64,000 bases of DNA, taken from positions 6,076,001-6,140,000 of the forward strand of contig JAYWIR010000004.1 of assembly GCA_036172245.1 (NCBI GenBank). The letters run 5' to 3'. Position 1 is the stretch's first letter. Each line of letters opens with the position of its first letter. The position numbers and the translations under genes are program-made. The stretch is from Raillietiella orientalis. Lineage: Eukaryota. This document shows positions 63,035 to 64,000 of this stretch, piece after piece. The notes under the pieces were generated by a model. That model saw only the letters and a program-made list of their open reading frames with translations. It was not told the DNA's origin and did no database searches.

Positions 63035-63138
63035 ATGGTCGCCTCGATAGCTTTCCGCATCCTGATGCTGTATGGATCCCTCCCAGTTTTCTCCGAGAAG
63101 GACAATCCCGCTGCCTATTCCCGCGCCAAGCTGACCAG
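63035..63138 (+). CDS. TMTC1: TMTC1 exon 6
   Basis: MVASIAFRILMLYGSLPVFSEKDNPAAYSRAKLT(R) contains the TMTC PxFxxxDNPA motif. Donor AG|GTTGGT (phase 2). Confidence 0.9.
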
Positions 63139-63194
63139 GTTGGTAACCGACGGGGGGAAAAGGAAGGGTCTCTAATAAAAGCCTACTCTGGAAG

Positions 63195-63384
63195 GTTCCT
63201 GACCCACTCGTACATATTTTTCTACAATTACGTCATCATGATTTATCCCAGTATCTTGAGCTACGACTGGCAGATGGGATCCATCTCTCTGATCCACTCC
63301 GTATATGACGGAAGAAACATCCTGACCTCGTCCCTCCTGACCGCCTTCGGTCTCTTCCTTTTTCGCTTCCTGGGCACCGCAGAT
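63195..63384 (+). CDS. TMTC1: TMTC1 exon 7 (DUF1736 region); gene continues beyond the window (TPR exons not seen)
   Basis: FLTHSY...YPSILSYDWQMGSISLIHSVYDGRNI. YDWQxGSI fits the TMTC1 paralogue rather than TMTC2/3/4. Donor GAT|GTGAGT. Confidence 0.92.
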
Positions 63385-64000
63385 GTGAGTTGCTGGGCTC
63401 TTCGATCAGTCTCGGTGCGGCATCCCTTCTCTGGAGAAGGCAGGGAGGTACCCGAGGTCGGGGACGGGGAACCGAGCTGAGGTCTTGCGCTTGTGCTCTG
63501 CCGACCGGCCCTTCCCTTCTGAAGCAGGAAGGGAGAGGGAAAGGGGAGGAGTCCTTGAGGGAGGTCTGATTCTGCCTTGGGTGTACGGAGACTCCTTGGG
63601 ATCTAAAGAGAAGGGAAGGGAGGACTTCCCTCCCTCCCTTCCCGGAGGGCTCTCCCGGGGTTCCGCCGCGGGATCTCGTAGCCGCCAGGGAGCGTCTCCG
63701 CATGGCAAAGCCAAGAGAGGTGACCTGAGTGCTGGAATCCCCCTTCGGGCACCTTTTCTCCCCGGATCCTGTTCCTGATGCTTCCATCTGCGTCCGGAGC
63801 ACTCCCAGCCCACTCCTTTTTCCTGAGGAAGCTCCGTTCTTACGCAGCCAGCACCCATGCCTCCCTTGCTGGTTGCTATGGACGCATCGGGTGCGGCTCT
63901 CTCCTCTCCGAGCTTCCACGCAGGCGGCAAAGCCTCAAAAAGTGACCTTCACAGGGCGGTGGGTAGAACTCGGCTTATTCTCTCTGGGTCCCACCTTCCC

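Overview
Eukaryotic genomic DNA, animal and probably invertebrate (inferred from gene structure and TE spectrum; species cannot be determined). The only intact host gene is a + strand TMTC1-type protein O-mannosyltransferase. Seven coding exons lie between 40630 and 63384, with GT-AG introns in consistent phase, and the gene continues past the window end. The first ~40 kb and the large introns are a graveyard of frameshifted mobile elements: about a dozen L1/Tx1-clade LINE fragments in both orientations, RTE-like RT fragments, three REL-endonuclease (NeSL/Utopia/R2/R4-type) C-termini, a BEL/Pao gag-pol remnant, a Penelope-like GIY-YIG remnant, a possible KDZ transposase remnant and a pogo/Tigger-like MITE. 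A frameshifted caspase-like pseudogene lies at 35.3-36.3 kb (-). Most ORFs in the supplied track are spurious. Most notable observations: a 29-nt 3'-terminal motif conserved in three LINE copies, a minimal Penelope-type hammerhead ribozyme in the sense strand of TMTC1 intron 4, a CAG/TAG tandem acceptor that could introduce a stop codon, and several near-perfect short inverted repeats in otherwise decayed DNA. All TE calls rest on manual motif recognition across frameshifts, boundaries are approximate, and no database search was run.
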